A stretch of DNA of 64,000 bases from an uncultured Gemmatimonadales bacterium (GCA_963783385.1 CAWANJ010000009.1:544001-608000), one strand, 5' to 3'; counted from the stretch's first letter, positions 9,203 to 19,805 are shown. The notes: a model not told the origin generated them from the letters alone. Program-made: numbers and translations.

Positions 9203-10623
9203 TGAGCGAGAGGGGAACGACAACCATGGGAAAGGACGGCACCGTGAGTGATCGGCGACGGCATTCGACCCTCGTCGGGGTCCTGGTGACACTGCTGATC
9301 GGCCTCGGCCCGCTCGCGCTACGCGCCCAGCAGAAGGAGGGCGAGAAGCAGCAGGAGCAGCCGAAGCAGGAATGCAACCTCACCGGGACGGACCTGACGC
9401 AACGGGCCGAGAAGGAGATCGACAACGCGGCCAAGGCGGAGTCCGACTCGGCGAGCCAGGGGGGCTACCAGAGCGCCATGCGACTCCTCAAGGTGGCCCT
9501 GGCGCAGAACGCCAAGGACCCGGCGGCGCTGTGGCTCCGAGGTCGCGCGCAGGTCGGCCTCCACCAGTACGTGAACGCCGACTCGGCCCTGAACTCCTTC
9601 ATCGAGCTCAAGCCGGGCTGCCAGCACCTGGTGAGCCAGCTGCGCGAGCAGGCCTGGGTCGAGCTCTACAACCAGGGCGTCCGGGCCTACCAGGGTGGCG
9701 ACGAAGCGGGTGCCATGGGGCTTTTCGACACGGCCAACCTCATGCAGGGTGATCCGCGATCCCTGAACAACTCGGCGCTGTTGCACGAGAGGGCAGGGGA
9801 CACGGCCCAGGCCGAGTCGCTCTACCGACGGACCCTGAAGGTGGGCGGCGACTCGCTCCAGGTCCGGGCCGCGACCATCAACCTCGCGTTGCTGCTCAAG
9901 AGCCAGAACAAGAACGACGAGGCGCTCCAGGTCTATCGAGACTACCTGTCTGCGCACCCGAAGGCGGTGACCCCGCAGATCAACATGGCCGTGGACCTGG
10001 CGCACTCCGGCCAGGCTGACAGCGCCAAGGCCATCCTGGCCGGGCTCCTCGCCCGGCAGGACCTCTCCTACACGGAGCTGACCGAGCTCGGCACCGGGTT
10101 CCTCCAGATCCAGGACGCGGGCCAGGCGGAGAAGGCGTTCGAGCAGGCGCACAAGTCGAATCCGTACGCCAAGGACGGATACATGAACCTGCTCCAGGCG
10201 GCCGTCGCCGCGAGCGACTTCAAGACGGCGGCGGACGTCGGCTCGGAGCTGCTCGACCATTATCCCTACGAGAAGGACGCCTTCCGTGCGGTCGCCCAGT
10301 CCCTGGATCGCCTCGGCCGGAAGCAGGAGGTGCAGGCGCGCCTGCACCAGATGCAGTCGCTGCCGCTCGAGTTCATCGGCCTGCAGCTCAACGGTCGAAG
10401 CGGGACCTACCAGGTCCAGGGTCAGGTGAGCGGCGGCAGGATGTCGGGGAAGAAGGTCACGGTCCCGTTCACCTTCTACGGTCCAGAGGGGGCGCAGGTG
10501 GCCCAGAAGGCCATCAGCCTCACCGTGCCGGGCCAGAACGAGGTGGCGGGAATCCAGTTCCAGGTCCAGTCGGAGAAGCCGATCGCCGGCTTCACGTACG
10601 GGAAGGTACAATCGGGCTCCTGA
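9199..10623 (+). CDS. Secreted tetratricopeptide-repeat protein with C-terminal beta-sandwich (FxLYD-like) domain
   Basis: Signal peptide (LVGVLVTLLIGLGPLALRA), multiple TPR-like helical pairs, beta-rich C-terminus VPFTFYGPEG. Confidence 0.75.
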   Translation: MMSERGTTTMGKDGTVSDRRRHSTLVGVLVTLLIGLGPLALRAQQKEGEKQQEQPKQECNLTGTDLTQRAEKEIDNAAKAESDSASQGGYQSAMRLLKVALAQNAKDPAALWLRGRAQVGLHQYVNADSALNSFIELKPGCQHLVSQLREQAWVELYNQGVRAYQGGDEAGAMGLFDTANLMQGDPRSLNNSALLHERAGDTAQAESLYRRTLKVGGDSLQVRAATINLALLLKSQNKNDEALQVYRDYLSAHPKAVTPQINMAVDLAHSGQADSAKAILAGLLARQDLSYTELTELGTGFLQIQDAGQAEKAFEQAHKSNPYAKDGYMNLLQAAVAASDFKTAADVGSELLDHYPYEKDAFRAVAQSLDRLGRKQEVQARLHQMQSLPLEFIGLQLNGRSGTYQVQGQVSGGRMSGKKVTVPFTFYGPEGAQVAQKAISLTVPGQNEVAGIQFQVQSEKPIAGFTYGKVQSGS

Positions 10624-10734
10624 CGCCCCGCACGGTTGCCCCGGCCGGGCTGCGGCCCGAGCCGGGGCGGGCCGACCGGCGGCCACCGCCCGGCGTGGGC
10701 CGGGGCCGCAACCAGGACCACCGGAGCTAGACGC

Positions 10735-12108
10735 GTGCAGACCGAGACGCGACAGGAACGCGCCGCGCTCGCGGGAGGAAGACGCCCCACGGTGGCCATC
10801 GTGGGGCGTCCGAACGTGGGCAAGTCGACGCTCTTCAATCGGATCCTGGGCCGGCGGGTCGCGATCGTGGCCGAGCGCGCCGGTGTGACACGCGATCGGC
10901 AGTTCGCTGCGGCCGAGTGGTCGGGACGCGACTTCATCCTGGTCGACACCGGCGGCCTGATGGACGCTCCGGGCGAGGCAATGGAGGGCGAGATTCGCCG
11001 CCAGGTGCTCGTCGCCATCGAGCACGCCGACATCCTGCTGTTCATGGTCGACGGACGCACCGGCGTCCACCCCGTGGACGAGCACGTGGCCGACCTGCTC
11101 CGGCGCTCGGGGCGCCCCGTGCTCCTGGCGGTGAACAAGGTGGACGAGCTCGCGGGCTCGCTCGCGCACGTGGACTTCTACCGGCTCGGTCTCGGCGAGC
11201 CCATCCCGGTGAGCGCACTGAGCGGCAAGGGGAGCGGAGACCTCCTCGACCGTCTGGTCGAGACGCTGCCGCCCCCGGTTCCTGCCGCTCCCGAAGCCAG
11301 CGACGAGCTCCGGGTGGCCGTCATCGGCAAGCCCAACGTCGGCAAATCCAGCTTCGTGAACCGGCTCCTGGGCGAGGACCGTGTGATCGTGCACGAAGAG
11401 GCGGGCACCACGCGTGACGCCATCGACACGTACCTGGAGTTCGAGGGCACCCCGATCCGGCTGGTGGATACGGCGGGGCTGCGCCGTCGATCGCGGGTGG
11501 ACGACGAGGTCGAGTTCTACAGCCGGGTCCGCGCGACCTCGGCTATCCGCAGGGCGGACGTGTGCCTCCTCCTCATGGACTGCCGCACCGGTGCCGGCAA
11601 CCAGGATTTCCGCATCGGCCAGAGCGCATGGGACGCGGGTTGTGGGCTGATATTCGTCGCCAACAAGTGGGACCTGATCGAGGACCGCGGCCCGAACGTA
11701 TTCGACGCCTTCGTGCGCGAGCTGCGGGAGCGGGCCCCCTATCTCCGCTGGGTTCCGATCCTGACGACCTCGGCGCTCACGGGCCGGCGCGTGCGCACGG
11801 CGCTCGAGCTCGCCCTGGAGGTACAGGAGAACCGGAGCCGCCGGATCCCCACCGCCGAGGTGAACCGGGTGCTCGGGGAGCTCACGCAGCGCCGACAGCC
11901 ACCGCAGGGAGGCAGGGGCGACGTGAGGATCTACTACGGGAGCCAGGTGGGGACGGAGCCTCCCGGCTTCGTGCTGTTCGCCAACCGTCCCCGGGAGCTG
12001 GCCGATCACTACGTGCGGTACCTGGAGAACGGCTTCCGCAATGCCTGGAACTTCGAGGGCACGCCGATTCGCATCCGGGTCCGGGCACGCCGGGGTACTG
12101 ACCGGTGA
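10735..12108 (+). CDS. der: Ribosome biogenesis GTPase Der (EngA)
   Basis: Two GTPase domains (GRPNVGKS/DTGG/NKVD and GKPNVGKS/DTAG/NKWD) plus KH-like C-terminus. Confidence 0.97.
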   Translation: MQTETRQERAALAGGRRPTVAIVGRPNVGKSTLFNRILGRRVAIVAERAGVTRDRQFAAAEWSGRDFILVDTGGLMDAPGEAMEGEIRRQVLVAIEHADILLFMVDGRTGVHPVDEHVADLLRRSGRPVLLAVNKVDELAGSLAHVDFYRLGLGEPIPVSALSGKGSGDLLDRLVETLPPPVPAAPEASDELRVAVIGKPNVGKSSFVNRLLGEDRVIVHEEAGTTRDAIDTYLEFEGTPIRLVDTAGLRRRSRVDDEVEFYSRVRATSAIRRADVCLLLMDCRTGAGNQDFRIGQSAWDAGCGLIFVANKWDLIEDRGPNVFDAFVRELRERAPYLRWVPILTTSALTGRRVRTALELALEVQENRSRRIPTAEVNRVLGELTQRRQPPQGGRGDVRIYYGSQVGTEPPGFVLFANRPRELADHYVRYLENGFRNAWNFEGTPIRIRVRARRGTDR

Positions 12109-12734
12109 GGGTGGCGGCGCTCCTCCTCGCCTCCTATCTGGTGGGCTCGCTTCCCACCAGCTACCTGGCCGGTCGGCTGGCCGGGGTCGACCTCCGGAAG
12201 CGGGGTAGCGGCAACCTCGGGGGCACGAACGTCTACCGGGTCCTGGGCTGGAAGGCGGCCGTACCGGTCGTCCTGGTGGACGTGTCCAAGGGTCTCCTGC
12301 CGACGTGGCTGTTCCCGACGTGGGACGCGCACGCCACGGCCGGACTGGCGCTCGCCTACGGACTGTGCGCGATCGCGGGCCACATCTGGTCCGTCTTCCT
12401 CCGGTTTCGTGGAGGGAAGGGCGTGGCGACGTCGGGCGGCGTGCTCCTGGCGCTCGCGCCGGTGGCCGTGCTGGTCGGGGGTTTGCTGTGGGCTGGGGTG
12501 GTGCTGGCGACGCGCACGGTGTCACTGGCCTCCCTCTCCGCGGCCACGGTCATCCCGATCCTGGCCTACCTGTTCGACGCGCCGACCTCGACTGTGGTGT
12601 TCAGCGCCGGCCTCGCCCTGCTGGTCTGGTACACGCACCGGGAGAACCTCGGCCGCCTGCGGCGGGGGGAGGAGCTGCGCTTCGGTGCCCACGGGGGCGG
12701 AGAGGGCGGCGGCGCGCCGGGGAGGGACCCTTGA
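12105..12734 (+). CDS. plsY: Glycerol-3-phosphate acyltransferase PlsY
   Basis: SYLVGSLP, GSGNLGGTNVYR, GHIWSVFLRFRGGKGVAT, HRENLGRL. Confidence 0.96.
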   Translation: MRVAALLLASYLVGSLPTSYLAGRLAGVDLRKRGSGNLGGTNVYRVLGWKAAVPVVLVDVSKGLLPTWLFPTWDAHATAGLALAYGLCAIAGHIWSVFLRFRGGKGVATSGGVLLALAPVAVLVGGLLWAGVVLATRTVSLASLSAATVIPILAYLFDAPTSTVVFSAGLALLVWYTHRENLGRLRRGEELRFGAHGGGEGGGAPGRDP

Positions 12735-13744
12735 GCGGCCGGTCGATCGCGATCCTGGGGGCGGGCAGCTGGGGCTCGGCCCTCGGGCATGTGCTGGCTC
12801 GCAACGGCCACCGGCCCACACTGTGGGCGCACGACCCCGAGGTGGCCGTGACAATCCGCGAGACCGGACACAACGACCGCTATCTCCCGGGCATCGCTCT
12901 GCACGCGGAACTCGCCGTCACGGCGGATCTGGCCGGGTCCCTCGAGGGGGCCGACGTGGTCGTGTGCGCCACGCCGTCGCATGCCGTGCGCGAGCTCCTG
13001 GAGGCCGCCCGCGACGAATTTCCGCCGGGCGTCCTGTTCATCAGCGGCTCCAAGGGCATCGAGACCGCGACCGGCTCCCGCATGAGCGAGGTCGTGGGCG
13101 CCGTGCTCGGCGAACAGGTCGCCGGCGAGCTCGTGGTGCTCTCGGGACCCAGCTTCGCGCTGGAGCTGGCGAGGGGCCTGCCGACGGCGGTGGCGGCCGC
13201 CTCCCGGTCGAGAGGGAGCGCGGCCGCGTGTCAGGAGCTCTTCCAGAACGACCACTTCCGCATCTACACCGGGCGGGACGTAGTCGGGACGGAGCTCGGG
13301 GGCGCACTCAAGAACGTGATGGCGCTGGCGGCCGGCATCAGCGATGGACTCGAGCTGGGAGCCAACGCCCGGGCCGCCCTCCTGACGCGCGGACTGGCGG
13401 AGATCGTTCGGCTGGCCGTGGGCCTCGGCGCGGAGGAGCACACCCTGTCGGGCCTGGCGGGCGTCGGTGACCTCATCCTGACCTGCACGGGCGACCTCAG
13501 CCGCAATCGCCGCGCGGGCCTGGCGATCGGGCGGGGCTCGTCGCTCCAGGCGGCGCTCGAGGAGGTCCGCATGGTGGTCGAAGGCGTGCCGACGACCCGG
13601 GCCGCGCACGCGCTCGCATTGCGGCACGGGGTGGAGATGCCGATCGTGCGGGCCGTATACTCCATCCTGTTCGAGGATGTGGGTCCCAGGGAGGCGCTGG
13701 CCGAGCTCATGGCCCGAGAGCCGAAACCGGAACGCTGGAGCTGA
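12731..13744 (+). CDS. gpsA: NAD(P)H-dependent glycerol-3-phosphate dehydrogenase
   Basis: GAGSWG Rossmann motif, SKGIE, SGPSFA, GGALKNV, GDLILTC...SRN. TTG start overlaps the plsY stop. Confidence 0.96.
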   Translation: MSGRSIAILGAGSWGSALGHVLARNGHRPTLWAHDPEVAVTIRETGHNDRYLPGIALHAELAVTADLAGSLEGADVVVCATPSHAVRELLEAARDEFPPGVLFISGSKGIETATGSRMSEVVGAVLGEQVAGELVVLSGPSFALELARGLPTAVAAASRSRGSAAACQELFQNDHFRIYTGRDVVGTELGGALKNVMALAAGISDGLELGANARAALLTRGLAEIVRLAVGLGAEEHTLSGLAGVGDLILTCTGDLSRNRRAGLAIGRGSSLQAALEEVRMVVEGVPTTRAAHALALRHGVEMPIVRAVYSILFEDVGPREALAELMAREPKPERWS

Positions 13745-13748
13745 CGCG

Positions 13749-14108
13749 GTGGCGGACGACAGGATCGCACCGAAGGAGTACTACTCGATCGGCGAGGTGT
13801 GCGACATCACCGGGCTCAAGCCGCACGTGCTGCGCTACTGGGAGACCCAGTTCCCGGCCCTGAGCCCATCGAAGAACCAGGCCGGCAACCGCGTCTACCG
13901 GCGGAAGGAAGTGAAGCTCGTCCAGCTCCTGCGCCACCTCCTCTACGTGGAGAAGTACACGATCGACGGCGGCCGGCAGAAGCTCGAGCGGCTCCGCAAG
14001 GAGGGAAAGGTCGCCCGGGCCTCCACGGCCGCCTGGGACGCGCACGTCGTTCAAGACCTCCGGCGGGACGTCGACGAGCTCCTGGATCTCCTGACGCTCG
14101 ACGCGTGA
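13749..14108 (+). CDS. Short MerR-family HTH transcriptional regulator
   Basis: YYSIGEVCDITGLKPHVLRYWETQF...GNRVY...YTIDG. Confidence 0.9.
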   Translation: MADDRIAPKEYYSIGEVCDITGLKPHVLRYWETQFPALSPSKNQAGNRVYRRKEVKLVQLLRHLLYVEKYTIDGGRQKLERLRKEGKVARASTAAWDAHVVQDLRRDVDELLDLLTLDA

Positions 14109-14899
14109 CGCCGTCCGACACTTCGCCCCGTACACGCGGCGGCGCGGGCCCGCGGATCCTGTGCACGAACGACGACGGGATCTACGCCTCCGGCCTCGAG
14201 GTCCTCGCACGCGTCGCCGGGGAGCTCGGCTCCGTCACGCTGGTGGCCCCTGACCGGCAGCAGAGTGCCAGCAGCCATTCGCTCACGCTGCACCGGCCCC
14301 TGCGGCTCACCGAGACCGCCCCCGACAGTTACGTCGTCAATGGCACTCCCACCGACTGCGTGCTGCTGGCCGTGAGCCAGCTGTACGAGGAGGCCCCCGA
14401 CCTGGTGCTCTCCGGCGTGAACCACGGCCCGAACATGGGCGAGGACGTCCTCTACTCGGGGACGGTGGCGGCCGCCATGGAAGCCACCATCCTGGGGATC
14501 CCCGCGGTGGCCATATCCTACGCGGGGGACGACGAGGGGCGCGTGGAGGGGTACGAGGCCATCCTCCGCAGCCTCCTGCGTGATCTCCTGGAGCACCGTG
14601 ATTTCCCGCCGGAGACCTTCTTCAACGTCAACCTGCCTGACCGTCCGGCGGCTGAGGTCGAGGGCGTGAGGGTCACGTCCCTGGGACGACGCATCTACCT
14701 CGATTCGCTGACCCGCAGCCGGGACCCTCGTGGCCGCGAGTACTTCTGGATCGGGGGCGGTGAGTCGCGCTGGCGGGGGCGCGAGGACTCCGACTTCCGC
14801 GCCGTCCAGGCGGGCTACGTGTCGCTCACGCCCCTTCACCTGGACCTGACCGACTTCCGGCTCATCGAGGAGGTTCGGGCGTGGTCGCTGGAGCTGTGA
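14105..14899 (+). CDS. surE: 5'/3'-nucleotidase SurE
   Basis: ILCTNDDG, GTPTDCV, SGVNHGPNMGEDVLYSGTVAAAMEA, SLTPL. Confidence 0.97.
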   Translation: MTPSDTSPRTRGGAGPRILCTNDDGIYASGLEVLARVAGELGSVTLVAPDRQQSASSHSLTLHRPLRLTETAPDSYVVNGTPTDCVLLAVSQLYEEAPDLVLSGVNHGPNMGEDVLYSGTVAAAMEATILGIPAVAISYAGDDEGRVEGYEAILRSLLRDLLEHRDFPPETFFNVNLPDRPAAEVEGVRVTSLGRRIYLDSLTRSRDPRGREYFWIGGGESRWRGREDSDFRAVQAGYVSLTPLHLDLTDFRLIEEVRAWSLEL

Positions 14900-15534
14900 G
14901 GGAGGCCTACCGGCGCGACCGCCGGCGCCTCGTGGAGCTCCTTCGTGCGGGCGGGATCGAAGACCTGGCGGTCCTGCACGCCTTCGACGCCGTGCCGCGC
15001 CACCTGTTCGTTCCCGAGGCCGTCACGCACCGTGCCTACGAGGACGTGGCGCTGCCCATCGGCCGCGACCAGACCATCTCCCGCCCCGCGGTGCACGCCC
15101 TCCACCTGTCGCTCGCCGGCCTGCGAGGTGGCGAGAAGGTCCTGGAGGTGGGGACGGGCTCGGGTTACCAGACCGCGCTCCTGGCCACGCTCGGAGCCCG
15201 AGTGTTCTCCATCGAGCGGATCGAGGCGCTCTCCGCGCTCGCCGGTGCACGCCTGACGGAGCTGGGTCTCACCGAGGTCCGCCTCCGCGTGGGGGACGGA
15301 AGCGCGGGCTGGCCCGAGGAGGCTCCGTTCGACGTGATCCTCGTCGGGGCCGCCGCGCCGGCGGTCCCGGAGGCCTTGCGCGAGCAGATGGCCCCGCGTG
15401 GCCGGATGGTCGTGCCGGTGCACACGCCCGCGGGGCAGCGTCTCGTGCTCGTCCGGCACGTCGAGGAGGGCTGGGCGCAGGAGATCGTCGACGAGGCGCG
15501 CTTCGTTCCCCTGATCGGGGAGGGGCGGCCGTGA
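14896..15534 (+). CDS. pcm: Protein-L-isoaspartate O-methyltransferase
   Basis: VPRHLFVP, AYED.ALPIGRDQTISRP, VLEVGTGSGYQ, APFDVI, RFVPL. Confidence 0.95.
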   Translation: MREAYRRDRRRLVELLRAGGIEDLAVLHAFDAVPRHLFVPEAVTHRAYEDVALPIGRDQTISRPAVHALHLSLAGLRGGEKVLEVGTGSGYQTALLATLGARVFSIERIEALSALAGARLTELGLTEVRLRVGDGSAGWPEEAPFDVILVGAAAPAVPEALREQMAPRGRMVVPVHTPAGQRLVLVRHVEEGWAQEIVDEARFVPLIGEGRP

Positions 15535-16172
15535 GCGACTCCGGGGAGGCCGTGCGGTCGACGGCGGCTCGTAGCCGGAATCCGGTTCGCCGGCTGTACG
15601 ACTGGGTCCTGCGCTGGGCGGACCGTCCCTCGGGACCCGCGGCGCTCGTCGGCCTGGCGGCGGCCGAGGCCGTGTTCTTTCCAATCCCCCCCGACGTCCT
15701 TCTCATCCCCCTGTGCCTGGGTCGACCGAAGCACGCCTTCCGTTTCGCCCTGCTGTGTACGCTGGGCTCGGTCGGCGGCGCGCTGCTCGGCTACTGGGCC
15801 GGCAGCACCCTGTACGACACCGTGGGCCGACCCATCCTGCAGCTGTACGGCTACGGCGAGGTCTACCAGAGAGTCGGCGAGCTGTATCGACAGAACCTGG
15901 TGCTGGCGCTGGGAAGCGCCGGATTCACTCCGATTCCGTACAAGGTGTTCACGATCGCCGCCGGAGGCTTCAAGGTGCCACTCGCGGCGTTCGTGGCGAT
16001 CTCCGCCGTGAGCCGCGGGGGCCGCTTCTTCATCGTGGCCGGACTCCTGCGCCTGTTCGGCGAGCCGATGCGGGAGTTCATCGACCGCTATTTCAACGTC
16101 CTCAGCGTGCTGCTCGTGGTACTCATCATCGCTGGCTTCGTGGTCGTCCGATGGGCGCTGGGCGGATTGTGA
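15531..16172 (+). CDS. YqaA/DedA (VTT domain) membrane protein
   Basis: EAVFFPIPPD, GFTPIPYKVFTIAAG, SRGGRFF. Confidence 0.9.
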   Translation: MSDSGEAVRSTAARSRNPVRRLYDWVLRWADRPSGPAALVGLAAAEAVFFPIPPDVLLIPLCLGRPKHAFRFALLCTLGSVGGALLGYWAGSTLYDTVGRPILQLYGYGEVYQRVGELYRQNLVLALGSAGFTPIPYKVFTIAAGGFKVPLAAFVAISAVSRGGRFFIVAGLLRLFGEPMREFIDRYFNVLSVLLVVLIIAGFVVVRWALGGL

Positions 16173-16290
16173 GGCCAACGGTTGGCGCCTCCGTGAGAGG
16201 CTCGGTAGGTTGGGGTCGCCGCGGGCGGCCGGGCGCCCCCGCGATCGGAAGCTACGGCGTGCCATGCCTCTTGACGGGGGAGGAGAGCCC

Positions 16291-16941
16291 GTGAGCGACC
16301 GGGTTCCGCCGGTGTTCGCTCCGCCCGGTCAGGGCGGGGCGGGGCAGGGCGACGAGGGCGGGGCGGCCCGCGGGCCGTCGTGGCCGCCCGAGGTGTACGA
16401 GGACCGCCGCGCGGGCGGAAGCGTGAGCGAGCGCCTCCGAGAGCACATGGAGGCGTTCCCCGACTTCCCGCGGGCCGGAATCGTCTTCCAGGATCTCATG
16501 CCGGTCCTGAAGGCGCCGGAGCTGTTCGCGGAGGTGGTGGAGCAGTTCGCGACCGAGGCCCTGCGGGTGGAGGCGGACACGATCGCCGCCGTCGAGTCGC
16601 GCGGGTTCCTGTTCGCCGCGCCGCTCTCGATCCGGCTGGGGTGCCCGCTGCTCCCCATCCGCAAGCAAGGGAAGCTGCCGGGCCGGACACTGCAGGAGCG
16701 CTATGCGCTCGAGTACGGCGAAGCCGAGCTGGAGATCCAGACCGGCGCGATCCGCGCCGGGAGCCGGGTGTTCGTCGTCGACGACCTCCTGGCCACCGGG
16801 GGCACCCTCGAAGCAGCCTGTCGACTGGTGGAGCGAGCCGACGGGAAGATCGCCGGGCTGGGCGTCGTCGTGGAGCTCGTCGCGTTGGAGGGTGCGGCGA
16901 GGCTGGCGCCGCACGAGCTCCTGGCACTGGTTCGCATGTGA
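16291..16941 (+). CDS. apt: Adenine phosphoribosyltransferase (start may be 16423)
   Basis: PDFPRAGIVFQD, ESRGF, RKQGKLPG, YALEYG, VVDDLLATGGT PRPP loop. Confidence 0.95.
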   Translation: MSDRVPPVFAPPGQGGAGQGDEGGAARGPSWPPEVYEDRRAGGSVSERLREHMEAFPDFPRAGIVFQDLMPVLKAPELFAEVVEQFATEALRVEADTIAAVESRGFLFAAPLSIRLGCPLLPIRKQGKLPGRTLQERYALEYGEAELEIQTGAIRAGSRVFVVDDLLATGGTLEAACRLVERADGKIAGLGVVVELVALEGAARLAPHELLALVRM

Positions 16942-17024
16942 GATCGCATCCGGGGCGCGCCGGGAACGGAGCGGCGGCGCCGCGGGTTCGCCACGGAGAT
17001 AGAGGCTAGAGGATCGAGGCGTAG

Positions 17025-17891
17025 ATGGCAGCGAAGGGCTCGAAAGGTGGTGGTCGGTCCGGGGGCTATGCGAGCACCGAAGATGCGCTCGCGGTCGGAA
17101 TGGCGCGGACCATCGACTGGATGCGTGGTCACCAGCGGGCGGTCATCCTCGGCGTGCTGGTGGCGGCCGCGCTGGCGGCGGGACTCGTCTACTACAGGGA
17201 CTACAGGAGGAACCTGACGGCCCGGGCCGTGACTCAGCTCGAGCAGCTGGAGGCCGAGCTCGCGCAGAGCAACGCCCCGGCGTCGGCCGTGGGCAGGCTG
17301 CGGGACTTCCTCAACCGCTTCGGCGGCACCCCATCGGCTGACGACGCGCGGCTGCTGATGGCCCGGATCCAGCTGGACGAAGGCGCGGCCGCGGACGCGG
17401 TCAAGACGCTGGATCCGCTGGCACACCGTGCGCTCGACACGCCCATCGGCTACGCCGCCACGCGCCTGCGGGCGGACGCCTACGCGGCGGCCGGCGACCG
17501 GGCCAGCGCCCTTCGGACGCTGGACGACGCGGCCCGAAACGCGCGCTTCCCCTTCCAGCGGAACGACGCTTCGGCGGAGCTCGCCGATCTACTCGTGCAG
17601 GCGGGCCGCTACGACTCGGCCGCGTCCATCTACCGGCGCCTGGCGCAGGACTCGGCCGCCTCGCCCGAGGGGACCGGCGTGTACGCGATGCGGCTCGGGG
17701 AAGTGCTGGCGCTCAAGTCGGCGGGAGCCCCGCCGCCCGCGGGTCCTCCGGCCGACACCGCGGCCCGGGACACGACGCTACCGCCCGGCGTGGGCGCCCC
17801 GACAGCGTCACCGACGCTGCCGGTCGCTCCCGCGGGCTCGGCAGCCGCACGCCCCGGTTCGACGTCGAACGGCAGGTCGGGCGGGTCCTGA
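17025..17891 (+). CDS. YfgM-like membrane-anchored TPR protein with Pro/Ala-rich tail
   Basis: W-x3-H/N followed by a single TM helix (AVILGVLVAAALAAGLVYY), then TPR-like helices. Confidence 0.75.
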   Translation: MAAKGSKGGGRSGGYASTEDALAVGMARTIDWMRGHQRAVILGVLVAAALAAGLVYYRDYRRNLTARAVTQLEQLEAELAQSNAPASAVGRLRDFLNRFGGTPSADDARLLMARIQLDEGAAADAVKTLDPLAHRALDTPIGYAATRLRADAYAAAGDRASALRTLDDAARNARFPFQRNDASAELADLLVQAGRYDSAASIYRRLAQDSAASPEGTGVYAMRLGEVLALKSAGAPPPAGPPADTAARDTTLPPGVGAPTASPTLPVAPAGSAAARPGSTSNGRSGGS

Positions 17892-17909
17892 TCCGACGCC
17901 CCCCCATCC

Positions 17910-19805
17910 TCACGGCCCCGGGGGAGCCAGCGGGATCGTGAAGGCGAAGCGCGATCCCACCCCGAGCTTGCTTTCCGCGGTGATCTTGCCGCCGTGCGCC
18001 TCCACGATCTTGCGCGAGATGGCCAATCCGAGCCCCGTGCCCGCCCGAGCATCGAGCCCATGGCTGCCTGGCTCGAACACGGTCTCGAGCTCGCCCTCCG
18101 AGATCCCCGACCCGCTATCGGCCACCACGCAGCGTACCTGGGCCGAGCCCGCCGAGGCACGCAGCGCGATCCAGCCCCCCCGGTCCGTGTAACGGAGCGC
18201 GTTTCCCACCAGGTTGGACAGAACCTGCATGAGACGCTCGCGGTCCCCCCGGATCCGGGGAAGGTCGCCGTCCACTTCGAGCCGGAGGTGGATGCCGGAG
18301 TCCTCGACGAGCTGTCGGAACAGCTCCTCGACCTCGGCCAGGAGGGAAGGCACGTCCACCGGCTCCATCGCCATGCGGAGCCGCCCATCCTCCTCGGGCC
18401 CCCACTCGAGATCCTCGATCAGGTGCCGGACCCGGTCCACCGTGCGCAGGACCGGCTCCAGGTGCTCGCGGGCGGCGTCGACCGAGCGGCCGGCCGGCGT
18501 GTCCTGGAGCAAGAAGCCGACGTGGATCGCGATGCGCTGGAGAGCGTTTCGCACGTCGTGCGAGACGATCTGGGACACCTGCTCTCGGGCCGAGAGCGCG
18601 CTCTGAGCCTGCTCGTAGAGCCGGCAGTTCTCCAGGTCCAGCGCGATGCGCTGGGCCAGCTCCCGGGCCAGAACGTAGTCCTCGAGACCGAAGCCCGGGC
18701 CCTTCCCGGAATCCAGGAAGACCAGCGCGCCACGCACGGGAGCCCGGCCGCCGCCCCCCGTGAGAGGAAGCATCATCCCCCGGCGCGGGGGAGGGGAGCC
18801 TCCGGGAGGACCGCCGCCCCCACCGGCCTCGGGACCGCCGTCGCCCGATGGGAAAGCCAGGCCACGCCCGCCGGCTATCGCCCTGGCCAACCACCCGTGC
18901 GGGTCTCCGGGCGACAGCCGGAAGCGCGCCTCGAAGTCGCCCAGAGCTTCCCGGGCCTCGCCGTCGCGGAAGGCCAGGGCCACGCGTCGTAGCTTGCCGT
19001 CCCGTTCCAGATAGGCGGCGAAGCCGTCGGTGAACTCGCTGACCACCACGTGCGCGGCACGCTGCAGGCTTACGATCGGGTCCAGGGACCGGGCCAGGAG
19101 CTCGCCCGCGTGCTCCAGGAAGCTGGCCCGCCACGCCGCCCGCTCGGCGGCTTCCCGGGCTACTTGCTCCTGGGCGAGGGCCCTGCGACGCTCCTCCAGC
19201 AGCCGTTGCTGGGAGAGATCCCGGAGGATCCACCGCACCCCCGTGATGCGGCCGTTTGCGGCCCGGATCGGCCTGGCCACGACGTCCACGGCGACCTCAC
19301 CCGGCTCCAGGTCCGGTCCGCGCGGGCACACCCGACCCTCCCATTCGGCTCCGCCGGCACCGCTCCTGAACCGCTCGAGCCGCAGGCGGAAGCCGTCGCG
19401 CTCCTCCTCCGGGATGTAGCCCAGGGCCGACGCGTCGACGAGCCGTTCCGAGGGGACGCCCAGCAGCGTTCCCGCCGCCCGGTTGGCCTCCCGGATGATC
19501 CCATCCGGGTCCGTGACCAGGTAGGGCGTCGGCGCGAATTCGAACAGCTCACGGTACCGGGTCCTCTCGACGTCCACGAGGTCCCGCTGAGCGGCCAGGG
19601 CGGCGTCCTGCCGCGCCAGAGCCCGCCTGGCTCCGGCCAGCTCCTCCAACACGCTCTCCAGCTCCTCCCGATCCGGCCCCAAGCCTGGATCGCCCGGCTG
19701 GCGCGCGCGAGCGGACCCCGGCTCGGGTCCGGCCGGGGACCTAGCCGATTCCCACCACGAGCCCCGCTCGACCGAACGAGGCTCCGAACGGTCCCGTTCG
19801 CCCAC
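17910..19805 (-). CDS. Cytoplasmic PAS/GAF sensor histidine kinase
   Basis: PAS ([25 protein letters not shown]), GAF-like segment, H-box SHDVRNAL, N-box [11 protein letters not shown]1 DSGSGI, G2 GTGLGL. SD AGGAG before the GTG. Confidence 0.92.
   Translation of the reverse strand: MGERDRSEPRSVERGSWWESARSPAGPEPGSARARQPGDPGLGPDREELESVLEELAGARRALARQDAALAAQRDLVDVERTRYRELFEFAPTPYLVTDPDGIIREANRAAGTLLGVPSERLVDASALGYIPEEERDGFRLRLERFRSGAGGAEWEGRVCPRGPDLEPGEVAVDVVARPIRAANGRITGVRWILRDLSQQRLLEERRRALAQEQVAREAAERAAWRASFLEHAGELLARSLDPIVSLQRAAHVVVSEFTDGFAAYLERDGKLRRVALAFRDGEAREALGDFEARFRLSPGDPHGWLARAIAGGRGLAFPSGDGGPEAGGGGGPPGGSPPPRRGMMLPLTGGGGRAPVRGALVFLDSGKGPGFGLEDYVLARELAQRIALDLENCRLYEQAQSALSAREQVSQIVSHDVRNALQRIAIHVGFLLQDTPAGRSVDAAREHLEPVLRTVDRVRHLIEDLEWGPEEDGRLRMAMEPVDVPSLLAEVEELFRQLVEDSGIHLRLEVDGDLPRIRGDRERLMQVLSNLVGNALRYTDRGGWIALRASAGSAQVRCVVADSGSGISEGELETVFEPGSHGLDARAGTGLGLAISRKIVEAHGGKITAESKLGVGSRFAFTIPLAPPGP

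Noticed and set aside
636-12525. Long antisense ORFs (636..3068, 3001..5427, 9319..12525) and similar ones elsewhere (e.g. 55655..57625, 61619..63619)
   Set aside because: Shadow ORFs typical of high-GC DNA, lying opposite or in alternate frames of well-identified genes.
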